Shown piece by piece: positions 29,379 to 42,614 of a DNA stretch of 50,495 bases; the stretch's first letter is position 1; every line of letters starts with the position of its first letter. The DNA is from Prasinococcaceae sp. CCMP 1430 (Eukaryota > Plantae > Prasinodermophyta). The translations under genes were made by a program, and so were the position numbers. The stretch is taken from positions 1-50,495 of the forward strand of contig RQSC01000798.1 in NCBI GenBank assembly GCA_013416795.1, written 5' to 3'. The notes below the pieces were generated by a model. It was not told where the DNA came from. It searched no databases and saw only the letters and a list, made by a program, of their open reading frames with translations.

Positions 29379-32300
29379 GGCGCTCGCCGAGCAGACTGCG
29401 CGCGCCGAGGGCGCCGAGGAAGAGCTCGCCGCCCAGCGCGAGCGCGCCGACTCGGCCGAGCGCGCCCGCGACGCGGCGCTGCGCGACGCCGCCGACGTCT
29501 CCAAGGCGCTCTGCGACGCCGACGCCAGGCTCGAGCGGCTCGCGGGGGCCGAGAGCGCCTCGCGCATGCTGGAGCTCGAGCGCGAGGTGAAGAGCCTGCG
29601 CGAGGGGCTGGCGGTGTCCGCGAGGCGCGCGGCCGCGGCGGGCGAGGAGGCCTCGGAGGCCCGCACCCACGCCGGCGAGGTCGAGGCGTTGCGCGCCGAG
29701 CTCGTGGCCACCAAGGCCGCCGCGGACGATCGCAGGCGGGCGTACATGGACGCGAACCCGTCGACGGCGGACGCCACCGAGGAGCTGCTCGCAAAGCTCC
29801 AGGCGATGCGCGCGGAGCGCGACGCCGCGCGCGCGCGGTGCGCGCGACTCGCCGCGCAGGCCGCCGGGGCGAAGCCAGCCGCGGATGCCATCGACGCGGC
29901 TGTGGACGACGTCGACGCGTCCGCGAGCGCAGTAGGGGGCACGTCGAGCGAGAGGAGGCGCCGGCGCACCCGCCCGCGCTCCTCGGGCCTCGAAGACGTG
30001 TCGCTGCTCGACGCCCTCTCCTCGCTAGGGTCCTCGCCGTCGGCGTCGCCGCAGAAGGAGGACCCGCCGGGCGCGTGCTCCGCGCCCAGCACACCGGTCG
30101 GGGCGGGGCCGATCCTCGCGGATCTCAAGGGCGAGGTCTCGCGCCTGAACGAAGAGCTGGCCGCCGCGCGCGAGGCGACGGCGCAGGCCGAGGTGCTGCA
30201 CACGCAGGCCGCCGAAGAGGCGGATGCGCTCAGGGCCGAGCTCGAGCACCTGCAAGAGCGGCCCCAGAAGGTCGGGGAGGTCTTTGAACGCATCCGGGCT
30301 GCCGAAGCTGCTCGCGCGGCGGCGGAGGACGAAGCGGCGGAAGCTGGCCGGCGAGCCGTTGACGCGGAGCGGCATGCAGCAGACGCTGTGCGCGCGCGCG
30401 ACGCGGCGCTCGCTGCGGCCGACGAGCAATCGGCCGCCGCCGCTGACGCGAAGGAGGCAGCGGCGGCAGAAGTGCAGAGACTGCAGGCGCAGGCCGATGC
30501 GGAGGTGAGAACGGCGAAGGAGGCAGCCGCGGCAGAGGTGCAGGAGGCGAAGGCCAAGTCCGAGTCAGAGGTGAAGGCAGCGAAGGAGGCCGCTGCAGCG
30601 CAAGTGCAGCAGGCTTGTGCGGCCCGTGCGGCGGCCGAAGAGTCCGCCGAGACGGCACGCGCGGATGCCGCCCGGCGATGCGAGGACGCCGAGAGCGCCG
30701 TCCGCGATGCTGCTGCGGCGGAAGCCGACGCTCTCTCTCAAAAGGAGTCCGCCGAGGCAGACGCATCCGCCGCCGCCGAGCTTGCCAAGAAGGAGGTGGA
30801 ACTTCGCACTGAGGCCGAGGCGGAGGCGGAGGCTGCCAAGGGTGCCGCACAGATGCGAGTCGAGCAGGCACAACTTGACGCAGAGACATGCAGGCACGAC
30901 GCTGAGACGGCCAGATCCGACGCTAGGGCGGCCAGAGAAGAGTCTGAGGAGGCTTTTCGCGAGGCAGAAGAGGTCAGAAGGCAGGCGCACGCAGCCACGC
31001 ACGCGGCAGAGGCTGAGGCCCGGAAGGCCAGGCGTGAGGCTGAGACCGCGGAGGCTGAGGCCCGAAAGGCAAAGCGTGAGGCAAAGCGTGAGGCCGAGTC
31101 GGCCGTCGCAGAGCGCGATCGCGCGCGGCAAGACGCAGGCGCCGCGCGCGACGAGCGCGACGCTGCGCTCGCTGCAGCCAAGGCTGCTGGTGCGAAGTGT
31201 GATGACGCTGAGATTCGCGCTGCCGAGGCCGAGGCTGAGCGCAGTCGTGTGAAGGCCTCCGAGGCGGACGCGCAGGGGCGCGTTGAGTTGATGACGGCCG
31301 CTGTTGCGGTGGCGGAAGAACAGGCGGCCGACGCAAAGCGTGCTCTGCGCGAGATTGAGGATGCTGCGTGCGAGGCGTTTTTCTCCGACCGGGGCGCCGC
31401 GAGCGCGGCTTCGGGCACGGATGCGCGCGCAGGCGCGCCTTCTGCGATGACCTCGCGACAGGTTTTCCAGGAGGTCATTCGCGCGCGTGAGCTGGCCGCG
31501 GGGGAGCAGGAGCGTGCCGAGCGGGCGTTGCGCGATGCGGCGGCTGCAGATGCCGCGCGCGCGCGAGCCGAGCAGCGCGAGCAGTCTGCCGCAGCGGCTG
31601 AGTGCGCCGCCGCCGCGCGCGCGAGTGTCTGCGAAGACAACGAGCGTCGCTCTGCTGAAGCAGCGGCTGAGGCGGATGCGCGCGCAGCGGAGGCGACCGA
31701 GCGTGCTGCTGTCGCCGAGGAGGGTGCCGCTGAGATGCAGAAGCGGATTGCGACTGTGATGGCTTCCGCGGCTGAGACGGAGCAGTCGCTGCGGGATGCC
31801 AACGCGGCCATCGCAAAGTGGAAGGATGAGGCCGAAGCCACTGCCCAGGCGGCCGAGCGCGGCGTCGCCTCGGCGCAGGCAGAGTCGGCGGAGTGGCAGG
31901 CGAAGGCACACGAAGGCGTCTTTGAGCTCGAGCGCGCGCTGGCGTCCGCAGCTGAGGCTTCGCGTGCTGCTGAGGCTGCGCGCGCGCAGGAGGCACTCGC
32001 GTGCGCGGCCACGCGCGAGGCCTGTGCATCGCGCGATGCGGCGCTCAAGGAGACGGCTGAAGCTGAAAAGAAAGCGAAGGCGGCAGCTGCGGAGTACGAC
32101 CTCGCGCCAGTGCGCGCTGAGTGTGAGCGACTGCGTGGCCAGCTCACCACTGTGGAAGCGCGCGCGCTCTCAGCGGAGAGGCTGGCCGGACGGTGCGTGG
32201 GCGCGTGGGATTGCCCTTGCCTGCATCTGCGCTTCGATGGCGCATCCACTGGCGTGGTCTGACAGACATGCGTGCACCTCACTCGTCCCAACCCAGCGCG

Positions 32301-33563
32301 CGCGACGTTGCCGCTCTCGAGGTATCCAACGCTGCGCTTCGTGCACAGGTCGACGAGCTCCGCGAGCGCATCGAGAGCGGCGGCAAGGCTGCGCTCGCTG
32401 AGGCGAGCGCGCTGGCGCCCCGGCTTGAGGCGCAGGCCGAGGCGCTTGCGAGTAGCCGGCGCATGCTCGATGAGCGCGATGCTGAGTTGGCCGCGTCGCA
32501 TCGCGAGTGCGAAGAGTTGCGTGGCGACGCGGATCGCTTGCGCGCGCGCTGCGACGATCTCGAGGAGCAGCTTGTGCGTGCTGCCGGCGATGCAGAGGCG
32601 TCACGCGCCGAAGTGCACAAACTCGTGCACGCGCACAAAGTCGCGCAGGCGGTCGCGGCCGCCACCGAGGCGGTGTTATGTGATGGGCAAGAAGCGGACG
32701 CGGGTGCTGAGGTCCGAGTGCCTGTCGAGATCCACGTACGCTCTGATGCGAAAGGCCATCCTGACGAAGTCGCCGCGGCCGCATCCGAAGATGAGGAAGA
32801 GAGCGACTCCTATCTATCGACCCCGCCGAAGCGGAGCAGGGGGAGAAAGGCCACACACTCGGTGAGGCTGCGCTCGGTGAGCCTGCGATCTCCCGCAAAG
32901 CATGACTCAACGCAACCGGATGAGCTCGCGAGCACGCAGACGGAGGGTGCAGAGATCGGAGGCGACATGCGCGCGCCCGCCCGCATCGAGCACGAAAACG
33001 GGCCTACTCGTAGCTCACCTGCGCCCGACACAATTGATAACTGGGGCCGCAGGCGACCAGGTGGTTGGCCGCAGCAGCCGCACGCCAAGATGCACGTCGA
33101 TGCGCCCGCCAGCGAGGCGGCGAAAGACCGCGGTATCACGTTGCAGACGCGCGAAGACAATGTGACCGCCGGGGGTCGAGGCGCCCTCGTGGTCCTGGAC
33201 AGTGCGAGCGGTAGCGACAGCGAAGAGTGGAGCGATGTTGACCACTTCCTTGGGGGTGGAGGCATGAGCGCCGACCTCAAGCATGCGAACAACGCCAGGC
33301 GACAGGCGGCGATCGACCGGCAGCTGCGAGGATGCCGTGAGGCGCTCCGCGAGTTCCACGGCCAGGGCTCGATCGCCGGCGTGCGCTCGCCGCTCGCGAA
33401 GCGCTCCGCGAGACTCTCTGAGCGACGCCAGAAACTCGAAGAGCTTGAGCAGCTGCAACGCGCACACGATGAGGCTGAGCTGCACGAACTGACGCGCACC
33501 GACCAGCAGCGCCGAGCTCGACAGCGCAGAGACTATCTCGCCAATGCGCGCAATCTTCTATGA
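29379..33563 (+). CDS. Large Ala/Glu-rich coiled-coil protein; intron 32193-32296; 5' end unresolved
   Basis: Long heptad-rich ORFs 29203..32262 and 32193..33563 are joined by a phase-2 GTGCGT...CTGAC...CAG intron. Three 22-aa repeats containing AKEAAAAEVQ lie near 30450-30610. Confidence 0.8.
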
Positions 33564-33622
33564 GTCTAATATCTTGTCACTACCACGTCTCCAGAGCTCC
33601 TAAACTAATTCACAAAGAAGCG

Positions 33623-35283
33623 TCAAGGCGCGGGCTGGGGGGCGGCGCCTTGCCCGAAGGCCGCATTCTCCGCCTCCTGCCACTTCTGCAGGACACCTAG
33701 GTCCTCGCGCGGCTCGTTCCACAGCAGTTCGAGCTCGCCCGAGCTGATCGCCTGCGCAAGGAAGCGAAAGTGGCGCAATGTCAGCAACCGCACTACGGGT
33801 GGCGCGCTCGCAGGCCCGTGCACGCTGAGGCGCAGCATGGGGGCGCACTTGCCTCCTGCACGTCGTCGAAGATTTCGACGGTGGCGTCCTCTGTGCCCGC
33901 GCCAGCGTAGTACTTGAATTCAGCGCGCCGGCCCTCGGCGCTCGCCAGGACTGCCGCCCATTGCTCGCCTCCCCATACGATCGACGCGCGCACTCCAGGC
34001 ACGAGGCCAACAACGCACGACCCCTTTGCCTCGTCTTTGGTCGTCTTGCGCCGCGCCCCGCCCGTGCGCTTGGTGGCGTCCTTGTTGGCCTTGCTCGCCG
34101 ATGTCTTCGCCTTGGATGCACCACCGCTCTTCACCTTGAGCGCCGCGGTGCTCTTTGGCGCTTTTCGATTGCGCTGTGGCACCACCTTCTGTGGAAGGGC
34201 CGACTCCTCCAAGAAGGCCGCCACGTGCGGGTTGAGCGCTGCCGGCGCCATTGCGGAGGCACCGACGGGGAGATGCGTGGGTGCCTTCGAGGCAGCACGG
34301 GCGACATCGGGAACGACCACCCCCGACGCATCATCGGCTGGGGTTGTGCGCAGTGGCTGGGGTGCAGCGTCACCATCGCCACTGCGCAATGCTCGGCGCT
34401 CCTTGGTGGCCTGCATCGCCTCACCGAGCGAGATGTACGTTCCCTGGTTGGGGCCGCGGACGCGGACGTCTTGTGTCGCTGCGGCTCGCACCGTGTCGCC
34501 TCCATCCGCTGCGCGTGTGCCGTCACTCGCAAGCACCACTATCTGCTCAGCAGACGAAAGACGCGCACCCACGTGAGCGTGAGAGTGACCGCCCTCGTGC
34601 GAACGCACAATCGCGCGCGCGTCACCGCTCGTGTCCACGCACACCTCGCAGGCGAGTCCGCCACAGATAAGCTCGTCGCCGTCGGCGAGGGCATGGCACT
34701 CGACGAGGGATGCGAACGACAGCGGCAGCGAGGGTGGACGCGACAGTGCTGCCTGCGCTCGCGCTGTGCGTGCCGCAGATGCCGCGGCAGCGCGAGCTGC
34801 GCCTTGCCCCGCCGCGCCGCCCTCGAGTCCTGCGCAGCGCACGTACGCGCGCGCCTCCGCGATGCATGCATCGTACGTGCTGCTGTTCCCCCCTTCGCCG
34901 CCTGTACCTTCCAGCTGCTCGTGCACGTGGTCTGCCGACCCCAGCGGCACGAGCGCGCAGTCGGTGCCTCGCACGCACAGATGGGCGGCGTGCGACTGCG
35001 CACTGACACGCGCCCCGCCGCGGGCGCCGGCGTCTCCAGCGGGCGCCTCCACGGGGTCGCTCCACGCGTCGGCGCGCCGCACGCGCGCCTGCGCGCGCGC
35101 TCCCGACGCGATGCGCTCGAGGACGCCGTCGTCATATCGCACCACGTGCGCTCCACCACCGCGGTGCGCCTCAACGACAGTGGCGGCGTACTCCGGCGGG
35201 GAGGTCTCGTCCTCGCCTCCGCACGCCGGCCACGCCACGGTGACGCGCCGCAGCAGCCCGCCAAGCGCCGGCGCGCCGCCCAT
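33623..35283 (-). CDS. Hypothetical chromatin-type protein with N- and C-terminal Tudor-like segments; GC-AG intron 33752-33852
   Basis: RVTVAWP...YAATVV...HVVRYDDG; VRASIVWGGEQWAAVL...EFKYY; Lys-rich linker. Splicing joins FDDVQE|AISSGELELL. Confidence 0.6.
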
Positions 35284-35920
35284 GCCGCGCGCCGCCACAC
35301 GCACATGCGCCGCAGGACGCTGGCGGCGAGCCTCGCCAGCGGCTGGCCGCCCCCCCCCCGCGGGGAGGCAGCGGTGGGAGAGGGGGCAGCGACCCGAGAG
35401 TTAGGGCCGCCCCGGCGCGCGCGCTGTGGCGCCCCCTCTCGCTCGTGGCGCCGTTCGCGTTCGCGTTTCTCGGATGGTATCGCGAATCCGCGGCGCGTCG
35501 AAACGCCCGCCGCGCGGACCGGCGCTTTGATTCACACGCTCCGCAACGCGTCGCGCCTCGGCGCCGCGACCCGCCGCACGAATTCTGATTTAGATGGGGA
35601 AGTGCGGGCAAAGCGGGCGCTGACTGGCGGCCGCGACGCGGCGGAAGCTTCCTCGGCGGGTTTTTTTGTACGCGTGCGCGGTGGCAGTGAGCGCGCGCGG
35701 CGCGCGGCGCCCCGCCTCCGTCGCAGCGCCGAGCGCGCACCTCCCCGGCGAGGCGGCGGGAGGGCGAGGGGCCGCCGCCGGCGCCGCCGGACGCGCGAGT
35801 GCGCTGCGGACGGGTGGCCCAAATTGCGCGCGTACGTGTAAGGGGGGGAGAGGAAGAAGGGGGGAGGCGCGAACTGGCGGGCAGTGAGAGGTAGGTGCGG
35901 TGAGGGGCTCTCTGCCCGCC

Positions 35921-38900
35921 ATGGCGCCCCCGTGGCGCGCGGCCGCCGCCGCGGCCACCGCGAGGTCCACTGGCGACAGCCCTCGCTCGGGGGAGCTCTT
36001 CTTTCCGAACGGCGGCGGGTCCGTATTTTCGCCCGACGACGACGACGGCGCCGCCAACGGCGATGCCCCCGCCGCCATCAACGGCGACGCCGCTGGTGGC
36101 GCGCGCGCGCCCGTGCTACGTGGCGCTGCGTCGGCGCTGAGGCGAGCTGTCACCGGCTGGGGGCGCGCTCTGTCGTACGGATCCTCGGGGTCGTTCGCTC
36201 GCAAGGTGCGGCGCGCGTGCGTGTTGTATATGAGAATGCATCGCGTCAGTGGTGGTGCGAAAGGTCGCAGACGACGTAGAGAGTACTGACGCGCCCCTCC
36301 GCCGTGTGTCTCTCCCCGGCGCACTTCCTGCCCGCCAAATAAACACGCCAGCCGTCGCCGGGCAACAGCGACTTCACTGGTGTCGGCGACGACGGCATGG
36401 TGCGCCTAGGCCTGCATCGCGTGCCCTTGTCGTATCACGAGCTCTACGCGCGCTCCACGCGGCTGAGCCGCGCGCTCTTCGAGCCGCTGCTGTACATCTT
36501 CTTTCTGGCGTGCTTCATCGTGATGCTGCAGCTCTTGCCGACGCTACGCTCGTACGGCGAGCGCGCGTCCATCGCGGCCGACCTTGACAATCTATTTGCA
36601 AAGGGCTCCGACAACGGTGTGCTCACCACTAATGGCTACGGCCCGCGCGGCCTCGGGCGCACCACGCCGGGGCTGTGTCCGCCAGTGGCGCTGTGGGAGG
36701 TAGGGAACGCGCTGGTCGACACGGAACGCATCACCAGCGAGACGCAGAAGGCGTGGCAATGGTCCACTCAGGTGTCACGCGTCTTCCACCGGCCGACGCG
36801 CTGCGTCGGGTGCTCCTTCGACGATTTTCGGCTGCACGACAGCTTCCTCTTGTACAGCAGCTGGCTCACCATGTCCCTCACTGATGGCGAGCCGCGGAAT
36901 GAGCTTGGCGACACAGATATCTCATTCGGCATACGATTCCACCAGAGCCTGGGCTTCGACTTTACACCGCACCTCGATGACCTCACCGGCACGGTGAACA
37001 CGACGAGCGGCGGCGACAACGCAAATTCTCGCCCCCTCTCCGACTGGGACGCAGTTGACCGTGCCACAGCCTCCGAGCTCAATTGGGACTTCGGCGCCAG
37101 CTATGGTTGGTCGATAGGAGGTAGCAATCGCGTGCAGGCGCAGATCGAGCTCCTCTGCGCCTCTGGGGAGGTTCCCGACGCATGCGAGGTCGCCCGAAGG
37201 CGGTCAACGTCGTACCACAACATGCACGACCTTTGCGCACCGATCGACTCGGCAGTGATGGGCTTTGCGACACAAGGGCTCGCCAATGACACGCGCTGCG
37301 CCACCGCCACGTCCGTAAGCCGCACCAGCTCCGGCGGGCTGGACGAGTGCCCGATGCGGATCGGTCTGAGGTGGCACATGCTGCTGCGCGAGGTGCCGCA
37401 GAGCGAGCGCTCCAGGGTGGATGGATCTATCTCGAATGAGGGCGCCACGTACTCCGAGATGGCGAGCGTCGATGAGACTCGCGCTGCTGGTGGTAGCACC
37501 GACTCACTGTGGGTGCTTGTCACCTTTGACGGCAGCACGGACGCCGTTAGCTACACGTTTTTGCCAGTGAACCTCTACCCGGGCGCGCAGGGCGTTGCCC
37601 TGGGCGTTTTTCAGGTCGTCTTCTGCTTCTTCACACTGTTCTTCTTGTTTGGTCCTATCTTCGGCCGGCTCTGCGTCATCGAGCGCGGCCTGCGTGGGAG
37701 CGTGCAGTCGCTCTGGTGGCGCACCGTAGTCTCCTTTGGAAGGGCTTTCTCACGCAAGTGGTTTTGGTTCGACCTCCTGACGCTAGGCGTGATGATCGCG
37801 ACGATCATCCTGTACGGAGTCTACGTCGACCGCCACAAGGCGCTGTCCGCCTCGTGCGAGGACTGCCTCGACTTGGATGCGGACGTGCCCATGGGCGCAG
37901 AGACATGGGACAACATCACCGAATATTGCTGCGGAAACAGTACCTTTGCCACGTGCGAGACCTTTGAGGTGGTCCTCACGCCCTTTTGTTGCGCAACGGC
38001 CTACGGAAACTGCTTCCAAGTTTGCAGCAACGAGCAGCTTGGCGACCTGGTATTTTCCAACTACGCACCAGACGCGCAACGATCCTTTCTGCGCGATTCA
38101 TTCCTGGCGTCGGCACTCAATGGCGAGGAGGCCTATTATTGGGATGGCACGCCGTGGCTTTACCCGCGTGCGAACACGACCGCGTCGCCGCTCACGCCGG
38201 ACTTCGACCACACTTTGACGCCCGCCAATCGTAGCTGCGTGCAGGGTGCCGTTGAAGTGCTACCATCCGGCGTCGAGCACTTCGAGCTGCTTGAGAATGT
38301 CACGTGGTGTGGCTTCACGAGCACGGGAGGTGTGGGGAATGCGTCTGGCGGCTGCATCTGTGACGCGGCGCTCTGCTACATCTACGGCAACTGCTGCGAG
38401 GACATCGACCGCATCTGCGGGAACGCAACCCAGCCGGCCATGCCTTTGCCCGAGGGGTGGAAGAACGTCAGCTGGCCCAACTACATCAACGCGCTCCTTA
38501 TGAACTACCGCCTCTCGGCGCCAATAGGCGACAGCGTCTACGACACCCTCATTTCTTTGAGGGACAATCAGACGCAGAACGGCCTCAACTTCTCTGAGGT
38601 GCTGACGCCTATCGAGTTCTGCGAGCAGTCCCTGAACGACTCGGAGAGCAGCAACGTGAGTGAGCTCATCCATGACAGTTGGATCGGAGAAATACAGGAA
38701 TGGGCGGACCGCGTGACCAAGCCGTACGAGAGCTACAGCGATGTGTTCGAGGCGGCGTCCAGCGCCGAGGAGAACTTCATCATAGCGCTGGCGTTCTGCG
38801 CGATTCTCCTTTTCTCTCGCAGCCTCCGATATGCACACATCGATATCCGTATGTCCCTCTTGCTGCGCACGCTGAAGGTGGCCGCGGGCACCCTGTGCTT

Positions 38901-39777
38901 CTTCCTCATCACTGGCGCGCTGCTCTTCATGGGTTACGTCTTCTTTGCCCAGATTTATAACGGCTTCATCATGCTGGAGGGCTACACGACTTTCTTCGGA
39001 GCGTTCACGAACACGTTCAACCTGCTCTTCGATCCCTTCCCGAGTGAGAATTTCCCGTCGGCGAGCAGGTGGCCGTTTTGGGTCTGGTACTTTGTGTTTA
39101 TGATCCTGATCACAATCATCTGCATGAACCTGGTGGTCGCAATCCTCGTGTCGGCGTTCGAGCTGGTGCGCGACTTTGCAGCGGGGCGTGGACGAGGGCA
39201 GCACACGATCGGCAGTGCCTTTGTCGAATGGCGCGCGCTTCAGCGAGCCACGCGATACAAGGACGGCAAGCCCGACATGGCTGCGGTGTACGCCTTCTAC
39301 AGCAAGCGCGACGCAGATGACGTGGTGCGCTCTGCCGTGATGGTGCAGAGTCACTGGCGCGGCCTGGCCGAGCGAAAGTTCTTGCGCGCCGAGGGACACG
39401 CACCCCTGCCGCCTACAGACGCGAGGAGACTGTCGGCAGGCGACAGCGCCGCGGGCAATGCCACGGAGGATGATGTCGCGAGGCGACGACGACGTGTGGG
39501 GCGCGCGCGCGCGGCGACGCCGCTGAGAATGCTCTCGCGTCATCCTGCGGCGATGGCGCAGGTGCTGGACGACGCGCTTGAGGGCGACAGAGTGGATACG
39601 GACACGGCCAATGACGATGAGGGCGAGCTGCCGCAGCTGGCAGATATGAGCCCAGCTGCGATGCTGTCTGTGCTGTCATCTATACAGCGTACGCTACGCA
39701 ACGTCGATGAACGGACGCGGAGATTAGAGGAGCAAGCGATTGGGCCAACCAAAGGCGTGCGCATTGATCGAGGGTAA
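35921..39777 (+). CDS. Polycystin-2/TRP-like cation channel with Cys-rich insert and IQ motif; intron 36206-36351
   Basis: S1 EPLLYIFFLACFIVML; S2-S3 WFWFDLL; S4-S5 RSLRYAHIDIRMSLLLRTL; pore YTTFFGAFTNTFNLL; S6 ICMNLVVAILVSAFE; IQ-like VQSHWRGLAERK. Confidence 0.85.
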
Positions 39778-39895
39778 ATTGAAGGGGGCGGTCAAGTTAC
39801 AGACCACTACAGTAGCAGTGGCTAGACATTTGCCTCAAAACGACGCAGGCCGCAATCGATCAATCTGCGGTCGTCCCTAGCTACGCGTTGCGTGC

Positions 39896-42614
39896 CTACC
39901 TTGTCGGCGGGCGCTCGCTCTTTTGTCCAAGCAGCTCCCTCCGCGTGCGCCGGCGCAGCGCCGCAACCTCTTCCGACCTTGAGAACACGACCTTCGCTTC
40001 CAAGGATCCGCGCTTGACACCTCGCAGCTTGTAGGTGTCTGCGATCTTCCACGTGCTGACACCGCTGGCAGCAGCAGCCGCCGCGTGGCGGCCTAGGTCG
40101 ATGGTTACCTCGCCCAGGCTGAACTCAGTGCGGAACGCGGGCAAGTGCCCGAAAACAGGCACGCTCTTGAGCAGGCTCTGCCGTGAAAGGACGCGCACGC
40201 GCAGCTCGGGTGTCTCCACTGGGTCGACGCCGATGATCTCTACGCTGTCCGCCCACTCAAACGACCCACTTGCGGCCGTCTTGGAGACCGGCTCGCCCAT
40301 GGGCAGCCGGCGTTGCAGGTCGCCAACCTCAATCTTGATATACGGATGGCGAGCGGCGACGCCAAGCATCAACGATTCGCAGCGCGTGATGTTAACGGTG
40401 AGGACACCGCTGGGTGGAAGCGACCATCCGGGCGGCAGACGAAGGCTATGGCTCCGTGGTCGCCCTTCGGCCCCTGTCTCTGCGTCGGGCTGCGAAAGTG
40501 TGGTGGTTTCTATATCAAGCGCGGCACTCTCATCCGCGGCAGCAGGTGAGGCAGGCCGTGCGCTCCCATCTTCATTGCCATTGCTACCAGACCCACTCGC
40601 GGTGTCGGCTGATTCTCCGGGACGGTGTCGCTGCCCTCCGTCGAATTGGACGTACAGGATCTCAGCCCTCAACACAGTTTTGTCGAACGACGGGGGCTTG
40701 CGCGCATTCAGCTGCATGCACTGCCCAAAGACACCTGGCGCGCCTTTCTGCTTCGCCGACGCCTTCTTTACCTGCTTTGCGAAGCGCCCGGCAGGGCGCA
40801 TCGGCACGCGAACCGACACCACCTTCATGCTGTTCATTGCACTGACCGGCAAGGTGCAGGATGCGACCAACCTGTCGGGAGTCCAAAGCTCGTCGTCCCA
40901 CACCTCAACTTTGAGCTTGTCGCGCACGGGGTCCTCAACCACGAATTGCATGATTTGGTTGTCATCCCCAGCGTCTTCTTCGGGGCTATCTGCTGCCTTT
41001 TGAGACTGCGACCTGGCGCTACCAGACGGCGCCGCCCACACGGGCGACAGTGTGTTTGCCTTGATGGATGTGAACGCCGGGTGCATCTCTCGCGTGTACA
41101 CCTTCACGTAAGGGTCGGGCAATCCAAGGCGCTCAACGTCAGGAATGTCATCGACACCCAGCAATCGCACGTAGACGATTCCGGAGGGGCGGCGTTGCAG
41201 TGCCGATATGTCGGCATCAGGGGCGAGTGGGACGATGAGCTGGCGCGGGTGCACCATCAAGTCATCCAGTGCGATCGCCACGATCGCGCGCACCGCGCTC
41301 TCGAGCCCAGGGATGCGTGCGCCGGACACCTTGAGCCCCATGTCGACCCAGGGCGGTGCCATGAACGAGGTCGCCATCGCGCCAACATACGGCGGGGCTG
41401 GGAGTAGCTGTGCGAGCCGCAAACGCAGCTTGCCAAACACCTGGATGTCGCTCACAGTCATTGTCACCCCGATCCCGCCGGGGCCGACCGCCTCAATGGT
41501 CAGCTTCATGTCGCTCACGAGCCGTAAATCAAGCATGACGTCGAGCTCATCTGCGCTGCCGGTGCTCCCCGTGGACGCGTCTCCCGGCAGCAAATCTTCG
41601 ACCTTCACCCCTGCGAGGCTGGGCGCGCGAGAACCTGGTGAGTAGTCAACCAGGCGAAGCCTGCGTAGCTGCGGTGGCTTGTATGCCTCGAAGTACGGCT
41701 CCAGCAAGGGTGCTAGATCCTCCGCGGTGTACTCATCAGCCGCGCGCCTGACGACGGGCCACACGCGCTCGAGCGCCTGGTTGAGCCACGACACCCGCTC
41801 GAAGCCCTCGTGCGCATCGATGAGGAAAGCTGGCACCAGCCGCAGCGCGTCGCCGAGGCCGAGCACTCGCAGCAACTCCACCGCGCTTCGCGCGTCAGTG
41901 CCCAGCCGCGCCGCCGCTCTCGCGCGGTAGGCACGGCGGAAGCGCTGCGAGGCGTCGGAGCGCAGGAGCACGTAGGCGGCCACCAGGCCGCCGAGGAAAG
42001 CGAGGCTCACGCCCCCCCAACGCCCCACCACGCGCGACGCTGCGGAGGCAATGCCGCCCAGGCTGGCAGCGATGCCATCTCTGTGGGCTCCGGCGCGCAG
42101 CAGAAGGGCGGCCAGCCCGCCAAGCGGGCGCACCACGAGCGCCACGAGAACCACCAGCGAGGCGGCCGCGCCGCCGACCAACGCAACCAGCGTCGCAGCT
42201 GCAAGCCAGTGTTGTTGAGGGGCACGCAACGCAACGAGGCAGACAATGTGTGTGGCGCGTCAGGTGATGGAGCCAATAATGGCCAGCGTGTCATCATCGG
42301 ACATTCTTTCGCATCGCGCTCGCGCTCGCACTCGCACTCGCACTCGCATGCATCCCCTGCGCTGCAAACACGGGCTATGACCGCCGAGGGCGCGTACACG
42401 CAGTAGCACAGAGTGGCAGGCAGGCGGGCAGGCACGCCGCGCCCTCACTCCCGCAGCTCCACCTACCTGCGTCGCGGGCGGATGCCGCAGCCTGGGCTGC
42501 CGCTGCGAGCGGGCGGTGCTTGAAAAGTACCGACACGCCCGCGCGCGTGGGCTCCTCCCCCTCCCCGCCGCCGCCACCGGCGGCGGGCTGGCGCTCGGAG
42601 GCCAGCGCCGCCAT
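39896..42614 (-). CDS. Synaptotagmin/extended-synaptotagmin (N-terminal TM, SMP domain, two C2 domains); intron 42199-42466
   Basis: FERVSWLNQALERVWP (SMP), LPDPYVKVY...NTLSPVW, LKVEVWDDE, second C2 GVLTVNITRC...HPYIKIEVG. Phase-1 intron joins exon 1 (ATG 42614). Confidence 0.92.

Noticed and set aside
29244-32501. Long antisense ORFs (e.g. 30738..32501, 930..2180, 33961..35841, 40035..41003)
   Set aside because: Shadows of GC3-rich sense genes; they show no domain motifs.
2876-42466. Introner-like repeated introns
   Set aside because: The introns share only donor, branch and acceptor motifs and GC microsatellites; I saw no mutual sequence similarity.
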